Notes: generated from the letters alone by a model not told the origin. DNA of 64,000 bases from an uncultured Bacilli bacterium (GCA_947589105.1 CANQBL010000002.1:89698-153697); one strand, 5' to 3'; shown: positions 20,971 through 29,702, numbered from the stretch's first letter. Program-made: numbers and translations.

Positions 20971-21489
20971 ATGAAGAGGTTGATTGAGTTGGATTTAATG
21001 AATAAAATATATAAAGATAAAGAATTTATGAGCATGGCATCTGCTATACTTACACATAAAGAATTTTTAAAAACAAAAATGATAGTTCACCATGGAGGAA
21101 CAAGATTTAATCATTCCGTTAAGGTTGCTTATTTATCATATAAAATTTCAAAATTATTAGGGTGTGATACTAGAGCTGTTGTTCGAGCTGGAACACTTCA
21201 TGATTTTTTCTTGGAAAGAGATGATAAAAATATTGCAACCGAAACTAAAATGCTTATTAAGCATCCTAGCTTAGCTAAAGAAAACGCAATTAATTATTTT
21301 GGGGTTAATGAAAAAGAACAAAATATTATTGAATCTCATATGTTTCCAATTTCGAACATAGCTCCTAAATCAAAAGAAGCTTGGATAGTATCATTATGTG
21401 ATAAAATAATTGCTATGGCAGAAGGAGCTTCTACTGCAAAAGCTCAAGTTTCAGTGTGGATTTTATTTTTAATTAATTTTATAAGATAA
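20971..21489 (+). CDS. HD-domain phosphohydrolase family protein (small, single-domain)
   Basis: H...HD spacing in HHGGTRFNHSVKVAYLSYKI...AGTLHDFF. The start codon is uncertain, with weak SDs. Confidence 0.55.
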   Translation: MKRLIELDLMNKIYKDKEFMSMASAILTHKEFLKTKMIVHHGGTRFNHSVKVAYLSYKISKLLGCDTRAVVRAGTLHDFFLERDDKNIATETKMLIKHPSLAKENAINYFGVNEKEQNIIESHMFPISNIAPKSKEAWIVSLCDKIIAMAEGASTAKAQVSVWILFLINFIR

Positions 21490-21513
21490 GCTTTAAAAAG
21501 AGCTTTTTTTATT
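21488..21513 (+). terminator. Weak rho-independent terminator (AAGCT-ttaaaaag-AGCTT + U7)
   Basis: 5-bp stem and T7 run at the end of the HD gene. Confidence 0.4.
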
Positions 21514-21541
21514 TAATTATTTATGTTAGAATATTACTAGT

Positions 21542-21618
21542 GTCCTCGTAGCTCAGCTGGATAGAGCACTCGCCTCCTAAGCAAGGGGTCGCGCGTTCAA
21601 ATCGCGCCGAGGACGCCA
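21542..21618 (+). tRNA. tRNA-Arg (anticodon CCU)
   Basis: Perfect 7-bp acceptor stem GTCCTCG / CGAGGAC, D-arm GCTC-AGCTGGATA-GAGC, anticodon loop CUCCUAA, T-arm GCGCG-TTCAAAT-CGCGC, discriminator G plus encoded CCA. One C-A mismatch in the anticodon stem. TGtTAGAAT extended -10 box at 21523-21531. Confidence 0.8.
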
Positions 21619-21743
21619 TATTATAATAATTATTACTTAATAGTAATTTATCAAGATTCTTTGGTGAGTTACTATTTTTTTATTGTGATATATGTTATTT
21701 ATTGTTTTTATGAAAAAACATAAAATATTGCAAGGAGGTAATT

Positions 21744-22802
21744 ATGAGTATATATGAACAAGCTATAGAACAAATTAAAAAATATAAAACGTGTAAACAA
21801 AATTGTCCAACTTATATTTTATCTAGTATAACTGGTCCTACCGGTCCTATGGGTCCTCAAGGTGTTACGGGAGAACCAGGGCCACAAGGAGAACAAGGAT
21901 TACCAGGCCCAATAGGACCTACAGGAGCGCAAGGTATACAAGGACTTCAAGGCCCGGAAGGTCAGCCAGGACCACAAGGAGAACAAGGAGAAATTGGACC
22001 TACTGGGCCTGCAGGAACAAGTGTGACTATTTTAGGTTCTTATAGCACATTAGGTGAACTACAGCAAAAGCATCCTCAAGGTAAACCTGGAGATTCCTAT
22101 TTAATTGATACAAATTTATATGTTTGGTCTGAGGAAAATAGCAAATGGGTTGATGTAGGTGTAATAAAAGGACCACAAGGAAATCCTGGTGAACGGGGTC
22201 TTCAAGGACCTAAAGGAGATGTTGGCCCAATTGGACCTACTGGAGCACAAGGTATACAAGGAGTTAAAGGTCCAACCGGGCCTACTGGAGCAACTGGACC
22301 AACAGGTACTTCTTATACACCTACATTATTTGTTATTACTTTTAACGAAACAGTTCCACCTGGTGGTTTAAAAGTTGATCCTGATGATAGGCTTCCTTTA
22401 GAAACAGAAATATATGATTCGGATAACCTTTTTTATGTTAGTAATGTTAATAACACTATAACATTTATGGAAAAAGGAATTTATAAAATTGATTTTACTG
22501 TTCAAGCACATGCTTCGGAACAAATAAATAATCAAGAAGCAGCAAATATAATTTCTGTTGGATTTGTAAAGCAAGAAGAACCAACTGTGTATGCAGGAAA
22601 CTCTGTTTGGGGTAGTAAAACAACACCAACAACAATTTCTGGACACGGAATTATTAATTTGACATATCCTAAACAGCTTTTTGAATTACTTAATTTGGGA
22701 AAATATCCAATTTATTTACAAAGTCCTAAGATAGATTCTTTGTCAACCGAATCTTCCTTTGCTAGTCCTATTGTAACTATTATGATTCAAAAAATAAAAT
22801 AA
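21744..22802 (+). CDS. Collagen-like triple-helix repeat protein (two G-X-Y blocks separated by a non-collagen 'collagen middle'-type segment, plus a C-terminal globular domain; BclA-like)
   Basis: [34 protein letters not shown]... is a run of about 30 G-X-Y triplets. It is followed by an interruption ([28 protein letters not shown]), about 22 more G-X-Y triplets, and a roughly 160-aa C-terminal domain. SD AAGGAGG. Confidence 0.8.
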   Translation: MSIYEQAIEQIKKYKTCKQNCPTYILSSITGPTGPMGPQGVTGEPGPQGEQGLPGPIGPTGAQGIQGLQGPEGQPGPQGEQGEIGPTGPAGTSVTILGSYSTLGELQQKHPQGKPGDSYLIDTNLYVWSEENSKWVDVGVIKGPQGNPGERGLQGPKGDVGPIGPTGAQGIQGVKGPTGPTGATGPTGTSYTPTLFVITFNETVPPGGLKVDPDDRLPLETEIYDSDNLFYVSNVNNTITFMEKGIYKIDFTVQAHASEQINNQEAANIISVGFVKQEEPTVYAGNSVWGSKTTPTTISGHGIINLTYPKQLFELLNLGKYPIYLQSPKIDSLSTESSFASPIVTIMIQKIK

Positions 22803-22906
22803 AAAAACTTCAATAGTATTTGTTATACATTAAAAATAAATTTGTTAATTTATTATTTTATGTTATAATTTTAAATACTTGTAATATATAGTGATAAGGT
22901 GATAAA

Positions 22907-23779
22907 ATGGAAAGATTTAAAAGTGTTAAAATAGCAAGTATTTTAGGAATTACTATGAACTTATTGCTACTTATAGGAAAGGCAATAGTAGGTTTTGTTA
23001 CACATTCTCAAGCAATGATAGCAGATGCTTTTAATAGTGCAGGGGATATATTTTCTTCATTAATGACCTTTATAGGAAATAAAATAGCTAGTAGGCCAAG
23101 TGATGATGACCATAATTTAGGTCATGGTAAGGCAGAGTATATATATTCAATGCTTATAAGTATAGCAATGTTTTTAATGTCTTGTATGGTTTTTAAAGAT
23201 TCTGTATTTTCTATTATTCAAAATAAAAAATATAATTTTTCAATATGGCTTATCATCGTATGTTTAATTACTATAATAATTAAGTTTTATTTATATTTAT
23301 ATACGAAAATTTTATATAAAAAAAATAATAATTTACTTCTAAAAGCAAATTCAGTTGATCATAGAAATGATTGTTTCATAACGTTTTTCAATCTTTTATC
23401 TTGCTTATTAGCAATTAATGAAATTTATTTTTTTGATGGTATCGTAGGTATAGGTATATCACTTTGGATAATATATACATCATTTAAAATATTTAAAGAA
23501 AGTTATGATGTTTTAATGGATAAATCAATAGCAGAGGAAGCTAAACAAAAAGTATTTGATATTATTAACAAACATAAAGAAATAAAAAAAGTAAATCATT
23601 TTAATTCTACTCCGGTGGGTTATAGATATCAGATTTCTTTTACAATTTATGTAGATGGTAATTTATCAACTTTTAAAAGTCATGAAATTGCTGATAAACT
23701 AGAAAAAGAAATTTCTAATAAAATCGAAGAAATATATTTAACTGTTATACATGTTAATCCTATAGATATTAAAAAATAA
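22907..23779 (+). CDS. Cation diffusion facilitator (CDF) family divalent-metal efflux transporter
   Basis: CDF signature at the start of TM2 region (GKAIVGFVTHSQAMIADAFNSAGDIFSS), HNLGHG, 6 TM segments and a C-terminal cytoplasmic domain. Confidence 0.85.
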   Translation: MERFKSVKIASILGITMNLLLLIGKAIVGFVTHSQAMIADAFNSAGDIFSSLMTFIGNKIASRPSDDDHNLGHGKAEYIYSMLISIAMFLMSCMVFKDSVFSIIQNKKYNFSIWLIIVCLITIIIKFYLYLYTKILYKKNNNLLLKANSVDHRNDCFITFFNLLSCLLAINEIYFFDGIVGIGISLWIIYTSFKIFKESYDVLMDKSIAEEAKQKVFDIINKHKEIKKVNHFNSTPVGYRYQISFTIYVDGNLSTFKSHEIADKLEKEISNKIEEIYLTVIHVNPIDIKK

Positions 23780-23792
23780 GATGAAAAAACAA

Positions 23793-23822
23793 AAGTAAAT
23801 CTATTTTGATTTACTTTTTTAT
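23793..23822 (+). terminator. Rho-independent terminator (AAGTAAATC / GATTTACTT + U6)
   Basis: 9-bp perfect stem and T-run after the CDF gene. Confidence 0.7.
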
Positions 23823-23853
23823 GTTATAATGAATTATATCTTAGGAGATTATA

Positions 23854-25077
23854 ATGAAAAGAGCAATAGTATTATCAGGTGGTGGCGGGAAGGGAGCCTA
23901 TCAAATTGGTTTTTGGAAAGCTATACGAGAACTTGGAATAAAATATGATATTGTAACAGGTACTTCTATAGGAGCTTTAAACGGAGCTTTTATGGTGCAA
24001 GGAAATTTTAGCGATGCAGTTAAATTATGGCATTCTATGGATTATAGTAAGATTATTGAAGGTGGAATGGATGGAAGCTTTTATGCACCTAAAGGTCGCA
24101 GAAAAGTTATTTTTAAATATGCAAAAGGTGCTGTTCAAGGAGGATTATCTGTACCTGGATTAGAAAAGGTAATAATTGATAATCTAAAACCAAAATCATT
24201 TTATTCATCAGAAATTGATTATGGTTTAGTAACCGTTAAATTTCCATCTTTAAAACCTGTAATGATGGTTAAAAAAGAAATTCCAAAGGATTTGCTTGCT
24301 GATTATTTGCTGGCTTCTGCTTCTTGTTTTCCGGCTTTTAAAATGAAGGAGATAAACAACGAAAATTATATTGATGGTGGATACTATGATAATATGCCAA
24401 TAGATTTAGCTATTAAACTTGGAGCAGATGAAATAATAGGTGTAGATTTACGTTCGCCAGGTAAAAAAAGAAAACTAAAAGATTCTAATATTCCAGTAAC
24501 AATGATTAGTTCAAAAAATACAATAGGAAATTTTTTAGTTTTAGAAAAGTATCAAGCAAGGCGTGCGATGAAATTAGGTTATAACGATACTATGAAGACT
24601 TTTGATATGTTAGAAGGAGATTATTTTACTTTTAAAAAAGGATCACTAAAAAGAAATTATTATAGATTAAATAAAATATTTTATGATAATTTAAATTGCT
24701 ATATAAATAAAAATTCTTGTAAGGGTAAATATAAAAAATTGTATACAAAAGAAAAAGAAAAATATTTTAATTGTATATTAGAAAACGTAATGAAATCTTT
24801 TGAATTTGATGATACGATAATTTATCGTTGTTATTATGTTAATACCCTTATTAAGAAAAAATATAAAAAAGAAAAAGATGCAACATATAGTTTGTTAAAG
24901 AAAACTATTAAGGTAGACAAACTAAATAAAGCTTTTATAGATAAAGAGTTGATATGTTATATATATAAAGAAATTAATAAGGGGATATTATCAAAAAAAA
25001 CAATAAATAAACTTAAAAATATTTTTCCAGATAGTTTTTTGTGTGCCATATATTTAAAAACAATAATAGAAAAATAA
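23854..25077 (+). CDS. Patatin-like phospholipase with a roughly 200-aa K-rich C-terminal extension
   Basis: Oxyanion-hole motif GGGGKGAY and nucleophile elbow GTSIGALNGA. The catalytic Asp region is near DGGYYDNMP. Confidence 0.85.
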   Translation: MKRAIVLSGGGGKGAYQIGFWKAIRELGIKYDIVTGTSIGALNGAFMVQGNFSDAVKLWHSMDYSKIIEGGMDGSFYAPKGRRKVIFKYAKGAVQGGLSVPGLEKVIIDNLKPKSFYSSEIDYGLVTVKFPSLKPVMMVKKEIPKDLLADYLLASASCFPAFKMKEINNENYIDGGYYDNMPIDLAIKLGADEIIGVDLRSPGKKRKLKDSNIPVTMISSKNTIGNFLVLEKYQARRAMKLGYNDTMKTFDMLEGDYFTFKKGSLKRNYYRLNKIFYDNLNCYINKNSCKGKYKKLYTKEKEKYFNCILENVMKSFEFDDTIIYRCYYVNTLIKKKYKKEKDATYSLLKKTIKVDKLNKAFIDKELICYIYKEINKGILSKKTINKLKNIFPDSFLCAIYLKTIIEK

Positions 25078-25114
25078 ATAATAAGTTTCATATAAATTTT
25101 AATGGAGGAAAAAA

Positions 25115-25714
25115 ATGAACGAAGTAAAAGATAAAGAAAAGATAGAATCTTTTAAACCTGAAATAGAATGTATAAAAAATGAGAGGTATAAAGAAAATAT
25201 CATGACTTTAATAGGTTTATTACCAGATTATTTTTTTGAGGTTCCAGCATCTTCAACTGGTAAATATCATCCATTTTTTGCATTAGGAGAAAAAGGTTTA
25301 TTAAGACATACTAAAGTGGCTGTTAGAATTGCTAAAGAATTATTTGACGATGAAAGTGTATCAGGGGCATATTCTAATAATGAAAAGGATCTTATGCTTA
25401 TGGCCTTAATAATGCACGATGGTTTAAAATCAGGACTTAAAAAAAGTGAATATACTAATTTTGATCATCCGTTGCTAGTTAGTAATTATATAAAAGAAAA
25501 TAAAGATAAACTCACATTAAAAGAAAACGAAATTGAATTTTTATGTAATGTAATACAATCTCATATGGGACCATGGAATACTAATAGTTATAGTAACGTT
25601 GTTTTGCCAAAGCCTCAAACTAGATATCAAAGGTTTGTTCATATGTGTGATTATTTAGCAAGTAGGAAATTTTTAGACGTTAGATTTGATGAAAATGATA
25701 ACATACAAGAGTAG
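25115..25714 (+). CDS. HD-domain phosphohydrolase family protein
   Basis: KYHPFF...HTKVAVRIAKEL...LIMHDGLKSG carries the H...HD metal-binding motifs. SD GGAGGA. Confidence 0.55.
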   Translation: MNEVKDKEKIESFKPEIECIKNERYKENIMTLIGLLPDYFFEVPASSTGKYHPFFALGEKGLLRHTKVAVRIAKELFDDESVSGAYSNNEKDLMLMALIMHDGLKSGLKKSEYTNFDHPLLVSNYIKENKDKLTLKENEIEFLCNVIQSHMGPWNTNSYSNVVLPKPQTRYQRFVHMCDYLASRKFLDVRFDENDNIQE

Positions 25715-25721
25715 TTATAAA

Positions 25722-25748
25722 ATAGCTTTTAAAAGAGCTATTTTTTAT
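25722..25748 (+). terminator. Weak rho-independent terminator (ATAGCT-tttaaaag-AGCTAT + U6)
   Basis: Hairpin and T-run after the HD gene. Confidence 0.4.
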
Positions 25749-25800
25749 TGACATTAGTAATGTATTTACATATAATATTAATGTATGAACATATATTCAT
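25748..25800 (+). promoter_or_regulatory. Consensus sigma-A promoter (TTGACA-17-TATAAT) overlapping an ArsR/SmtB-type 12-2-12 operator (TGAACAtaTATTCA)
   Basis: TTGACA at 25748-25753, a 17-nt spacer, and TATAAT at 25771-25776. The imperfect inverted repeat TATGAACATATATTCATA at 25783-25800 begins at about +1. It resembles the known CadC/CzrA/SmtB operators (TGAACA..TATTCA). Confidence 0.6.
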
Positions 25801-25817
25801 ATAGAAAGGGTATAAAA

Positions 25818-26111
25818 ATGAATTTGTTAGATGAAGATAAAATAATTGATTTATCAGAGTTATTTAAAATTTTTGGTGATTCAACTAGGGTTAAGATAAT
25901 AAACGTTCTTTTGGATAACGAATTATGTGTAAATGATATTTCTGAAAAAATAAAGGTAAGTCAGTCAGCTGTCTCTCACCAACTTAGAATTTTAAAAGAT
26001 TCAAAACTGGTAAAGTATAGAAAGGATAAAAATTTAACATATTACTTTTTGGCAGATGACCATGTTGAAAAAATATTTAAGATGGGATGTGAACATATAA
26101 ATGAGATATAA
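25818..26111 (+). CDS. ArsR/SmtB family metalloregulatory transcriptional repressor (CadC-like)
   Basis: LFKIFGDSTRVKIINVLLDNELCVNDISEKIKVSQSAVSHQLRILKD is a winged HTH with Cys in the alpha-3 region. It precedes the metal ATPase and overlaps it by 11 nt. Confidence 0.85.
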   Translation: MNLLDEDKIIDLSELFKIFGDSTRVKIINVLLDNELCVNDISEKIKVSQSAVSHQLRILKDSKLVKYRKDKNLTYYFLADDHVEKIFKMGCEHINEI

Positions 26112-28137
26112 ATATAAGTTAAGTAATTTAGATTGCCCTAATTGTGCTTTAAGAATTGAAGATAAGTTAAAAAGTGATAAAAATATAAGATATGCAAACG
26201 TAAACTTTCCTAAACTTACATTAACTGTTGATACTGATATTAAAGATGCTAAAAAATACGTATCACAAATAGTTAAAAGTGTTGAACCAAGCGTAAATGT
26301 TTTAAATTTAAATGATAACGTAAATAATAAAAAATCGCTTGTTTTTCACACTATAAGATTAATTGTTGGCCTTTTAATATCACTACTTGGAATGTTTTTA
26401 TTTAAGGATAATATATCAAAGATATTAATTATTATAGGTTATTTAATTTTACTTTTAAGAACTATTACAAACTCAATAAAGTTATTATTTAAATCTAAAA
26501 CAATTAACGAAAATTTATTAGTTACTATATCTTGCATAGGAGCTTATTTAACAAATAACATTCATGAGGGTTTAATGGTAATTGTTTTATATGAAGTAGG
26601 TAAAATATTAGAGGAATTAGCGGTTAATAATTCACGTAAATCAATAAGTGATTTAATGGATATAAAACCAGATTACGCTAATTTAAAAACGAACAAAGAA
26701 GTTATTAAAACCGATCCTTTAATGGTTAAAATAGGTGATGTAATAGTAATAAAACAAGGTGAAAAAGTACCTTTAGATGGTATTGTTATAAAAGGTGATG
26801 CAAAACTTAATACTTCTGCTTTAACTGGTGAATCTAAATTAAGAAGTGTAAGTGTTAATGACAAAGTTTTATCAGGTAGTGTAAATGAAAGTGGGTTAAT
26901 AGAACTTAAGGTAACTAATACTTATGAAGATAGCACGGTAAATAAAATACTTAATTTGGTAGAAGAAGCATCTGATAGAAAAGCTAAAACTGAGAATTTT
27001 GTATCAAAGGCTGCTAAAGTATATACACCAATCGTACTTATTTTAGCAATATTAGTTACGATTGTTTTACCATTATTATTTAATGTTAAATTAGAAGATG
27101 CAATATATAGAGCTTTAGTATTTTTGGTAATATCTTGTCCATGTGCCATTGCAATATCGGTTCCTCTTAGTTATTTTACGGGTATAGGAAGATCATCTAA
27201 AGAAGGAGTTTTAGTAAAGGGAAGTGACTTTTTAGATTTACTTGGTAAAATTAAACAAATCATATTTGATAAAACAGGTACCATTACAACTGGTAAATTT
27301 AGTAGTTATAAATTAAATGTTTTAGATAATAATTATAAAAAAGATGATGTAATTAAAATGTACGTTAAACTAGAAATGTTATCTAATCATCCGATAGCAA
27401 AGGGAATAATTGAAGTATTTAACATCAAGCCAAAGACTAACGATATTAAAAACTATAAAGAAACATCTGGTAAAGGTGTATCATGTGAAATAAAAAACAA
27501 AAAAATAAAGGTAGGTTCTAGTAGCTTTTGTAAAGCAAAAGAAAAATCTAATGCAATTTATTTAAGTGTAGATGAAAAGGTAGTTGCTAAATTAGAATTA
27601 ATTGATGGTGTTAAAAAAGATGCTAAAAAAACTATTAGTAATTTAAAAAAAATAGGAATAACACCATATATGTTTACTGGAGATAACAAAGATATTGCGC
27701 TTGATATAGCTAAAAAAGTTGGAATAGATAATGTTAATTATGAATTACTTCCAAACGATAAATATGAATTATTAAAAGAAAAAATTAATGATGATAATGG
27801 GGTTGTTGCCTTTGTAGGAGATGGAATAAATGATGCACCATCACTTGCCTTAGCAGATATTGGTATATCAATGGGGTCTTTAGGAAGTGCATCAGCCATA
27901 GAAGCATCAGACGTTGTTATAATGACTGATGAATTAGAAAAAATAGTAAAAGCAATTAAAATATCTAAGTACACAAATAAAATAATAAAACAAAATTTAA
28001 TATTTGCAATAGGTGTTAAAGTGTTAGTATTATTACTTAGTTCACTTGGTTTAGCATCAATGTGGCAAGCAGTTTTTGCAGATACAGGTGTAACATTACT
28101 AACCATTATTAACACCACTAGAATACTTAAAAAATAG
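26101..28137 (+). CDS. Heavy-metal (Cd/Zn/Co-type) translocating P1B-type ATPase
   Basis: N-terminal metal-binding CPNC; TM CPC motif ISCPCAIAISVP; phosphorylation site DKTGTITTG; hinge GDGINDAP. 678 aa. Confidence 0.9.
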   Translation: MRYKYKLSNLDCPNCALRIEDKLKSDKNIRYANVNFPKLTLTVDTDIKDAKKYVSQIVKSVEPSVNVLNLNDNVNNKKSLVFHTIRLIVGLLISLLGMFLFKDNISKILIIIGYLILLLRTITNSIKLLFKSKTINENLLVTISCIGAYLTNNIHEGLMVIVLYEVGKILEELAVNNSRKSISDLMDIKPDYANLKTNKEVIKTDPLMVKIGDVIVIKQGEKVPLDGIVIKGDAKLNTSALTGESKLRSVSVNDKVLSGSVNESGLIELKVTNTYEDSTVNKILNLVEEASDRKAKTENFVSKAAKVYTPIVLILAILVTIVLPLLFNVKLEDAIYRALVFLVISCPCAIAISVPLSYFTGIGRSSKEGVLVKGSDFLDLLGKIKQIIFDKTGTITTGKFSSYKLNVLDNNYKKDDVIKMYVKLEMLSNHPIAKGIIEVFNIKPKTNDIKNYKETSGKGVSCEIKNKKIKVGSSSFCKAKEKSNAIYLSVDEKVVAKLELIDGVKKDAKKTISNLKKIGITPYMFTGDNKDIALDIAKKVGIDNVNYELLPNDKYELLKEKINDDNGVVAFVGDGINDAPSLALADIGISMGSLGSASAIEASDVVIMTDELEKIVKAIKISKYTNKIIKQNLIFAIGVKVLVLLLSSLGLASMWQAVFADTGVTLLTIINTTRILKK

Positions 28138-28153
28138 TAATTAAATAGTAATT

Positions 28154-28204
28154 AAATACATTCTATTACTTGTATATATAAATATATTATGATAGAATGT
28201 ATTT
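28154..28204. repeat. Perfect 13-bp inverted repeat (AAATACATTCTAT ... ATAGAATGTATTT, 25-nt spacer) overlapping the tRNA-Thr promoter, preceded by a tandem 11-bp repeat (tagtaattaaa x2)
   Basis: Read directly from the sequence. It ends 5 nt before the tRNA-Thr 5' end. A TTGTAT-16-TAGAAT promoter lies in the spacer. Confidence 0.5.
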
Positions 28205-28209
28205 AGCTT

Positions 28210-28283
28210 GCCTCCTTAGTTAAGTGGTATAACGCAGCCATGGTAAGGCTGAATTGTAAGTTCGATTCTTACAGGAGGCACCA
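28210..28283 (+). tRNA. tRNA-Thr (anticodon GGU)
   Basis: Acceptor GCCTCCT / AGGAGGC, D-arm GTTA-AGTGGTA-TAAC, anticodon stem CAGCC/GGCTG with loop AUGGUAA, T-arm GTAAG-TTCGATT-CTTAC, discriminator A plus encoded CCA. Confidence 0.85.
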
Positions 28284-28393
28284 TTATGACATGAAACTCA
28301 GATTTTTATAGTTCGAGTTTTAATATATTTAAAATTATGCTAAAATATTTATAGATTGAAATTGATATATTTGTCAATTTGGAAAACACACTT

Positions 28394-28414
28394 GCTTATT
28401 GTCAAAGACAATAA
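28394..28414. repeat. Perfect 9-3-9 palindrome CTTATTGTC-aaa-GACAATAAG (candidate operator or protein-binding site)
   Basis: Read directly from the sequence. No U-run follows, so it is unlikely to be a terminator. It lies about 95 nt upstream of ORF 28508. Confidence 0.35.
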
Positions 28415-28507
28415 GTCTAATATACGGGCATTATAGTGAAAACTTTATTATTTGCTCATAAAAGTAACATAGATTTTTATAATCAATATTAATGAGAAGT
28501 GTAAATT

Positions 28508-28870
28508 ATGAAATTTATAGATAGTGATATTATTATAGGAAAAGCATTAATATATAGTGATTTAGAATGTTTATCATTTCAACAAATATACCAATATTTA
28601 AATATTGTTGGCGTTATTTTACCTGAGGGATATATTGTTGATGGTTATGGATATAACGCTATTCAAAGTTTTCTCGATAACTATACATGTATAGCAAAAA
28701 GAATAAATGATAAAATAGTCCTAAAAGAAAATAAAAATCGTCAAATTAATGAATTTTTTGAAACTATTTTATCGGAAGAAATTAATGAAATATTAAAAAG
28801 AGCTATAGATATATTTCAAGACTCTTCTTTACATATTATAGAAGGTGAACAAAAAAATATAAAGTATTAA
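28508..28870 (+). CDS. Hypothetical protein (120 aa)
   Basis: ORF in the six-frame track within a gene-poor region. Weak SD. Low support. Confidence 0.3.
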   Translation: MKFIDSDIIIGKALIYSDLECLSFQQIYQYLNIVGVILPEGYIVDGYGYNAIQSFLDNYTCIAKRINDKIVLKENKNRQINEFFETILSEEINEILKRAIDIFQDSSLHIIEGEQKNIKY

Positions 28871-29222
28871 AGTTATTATATAAAAAAAGAAAATAAAAAA
28901 GGGTTAATTGAAGGAAATACTATTTAAGACACTATTCCTATAACTAAATTAAAAAGCAACATCATAGTGAAAAGAACAGCTAAAATTAAAAGTTTTATAA
29001 GAGAAGTTAAAAGATTATAAAAAGGAATATTTTATGAAATTAGAAATTGAAAAACATGGTAAATTAGGTAAACTAACAAGTTTTCTGAAAATTGTAAAAA
29101 AAATTAAACATTGTAATGATATAGAAAATATTATTAATTAAATTAGAAAGAGTTAATACCTAAAGTTGTCATACTTCCTCCCTTAGGGCAACAGATTGAT
29201 TGATACTCAAAAAAATAGAAAA

Positions 29223-29247
29223 CGCACTTGATAAAAGTGCGCTTTTA
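29223..29247 (+). terminator. Rho-independent terminator (CGCACTT-gataa-AAGTGCG + CUUUUAU)
   Basis: 7-bp GC-containing stem followed by a T-run. Confidence 0.45.
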
Positions 29248-29422
29248 TAATGTATTTATTTATGCGTATTAAGATTAATATTATAAATTAATATAATTCA
29301 AATTATTATTTTTAAATGTAATTTTGAATATTTTAATATAATTTTAATGAGATTTTTTAATTAACTAATTTTTTTTGATAAGTATTAAAATATTAATGTA
29401 AGTAGTAAAGGAAATTTGATTA

Positions 29423-29596
29423 TATGTCAACAGAATATGCATTATATTATATTGATGAAAAGGATTTATATAAGAATCAAACACCGGAGAAAAGGGCTCA
29501 ATTAAAACCAGAAATTGTAAAAATGTCAAAAGAACGTGAAATAAAACAACTGCAAGATATTTTTATACATATCCATCAACTATTAGAAGAATAATA
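29423..29596 (+). CDS. Small hypothetical protein (57 aa; MSTEYALYYIDEKDLYKNQTPEKRAQLKPEIVKMSKEREIKQLQDIFIHIHQLLEE)
   Basis: Not in the six-frame track (shorter than 60 aa). SD AAGGAAA lies 10 nt before the ATG. It sits upstream of the adenylating-enzyme gene. Confidence 0.3.
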
Positions 29597-29702
29597 AAAA
29601 ATATGAAAATGAGCACAATAATAAGTAAAATTTGATTTTTATTTAATATTGTGCTATATTATGCTTGCAGTAAAATAAAAAATATTTAATTGAGGGGGAT
29701 AT

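Noticed and set aside
22189-22371. Plus-strand 60-aa ORF within the collagen-like gene
   Set aside because: It is an alternative reading frame of the G-X-Y repeat DNA (the CCAGGx periodicity keeps alternate frames open); not an independent gene.
21488-25748. Shared AGCTTTTAAAAGAGCT-U-run terminator after both HD-domain genes, taken as a repeat family linking the two HD genes
   Set aside because: The two HD proteins are not detectably paralogous, and the element is a short AT-rich hairpin of the kind that recurs by chance in this genome. Recorded simply as two terminators.
21542-28283. Integrated prophage/ICE at the tRNA genes
   Set aside because: No integrase, recombinase, transposase, phage structural or conjugation genes, and no direct repeat of either tRNA 3' end within the window. 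Retained only as an accessory segment of unknown mobility.
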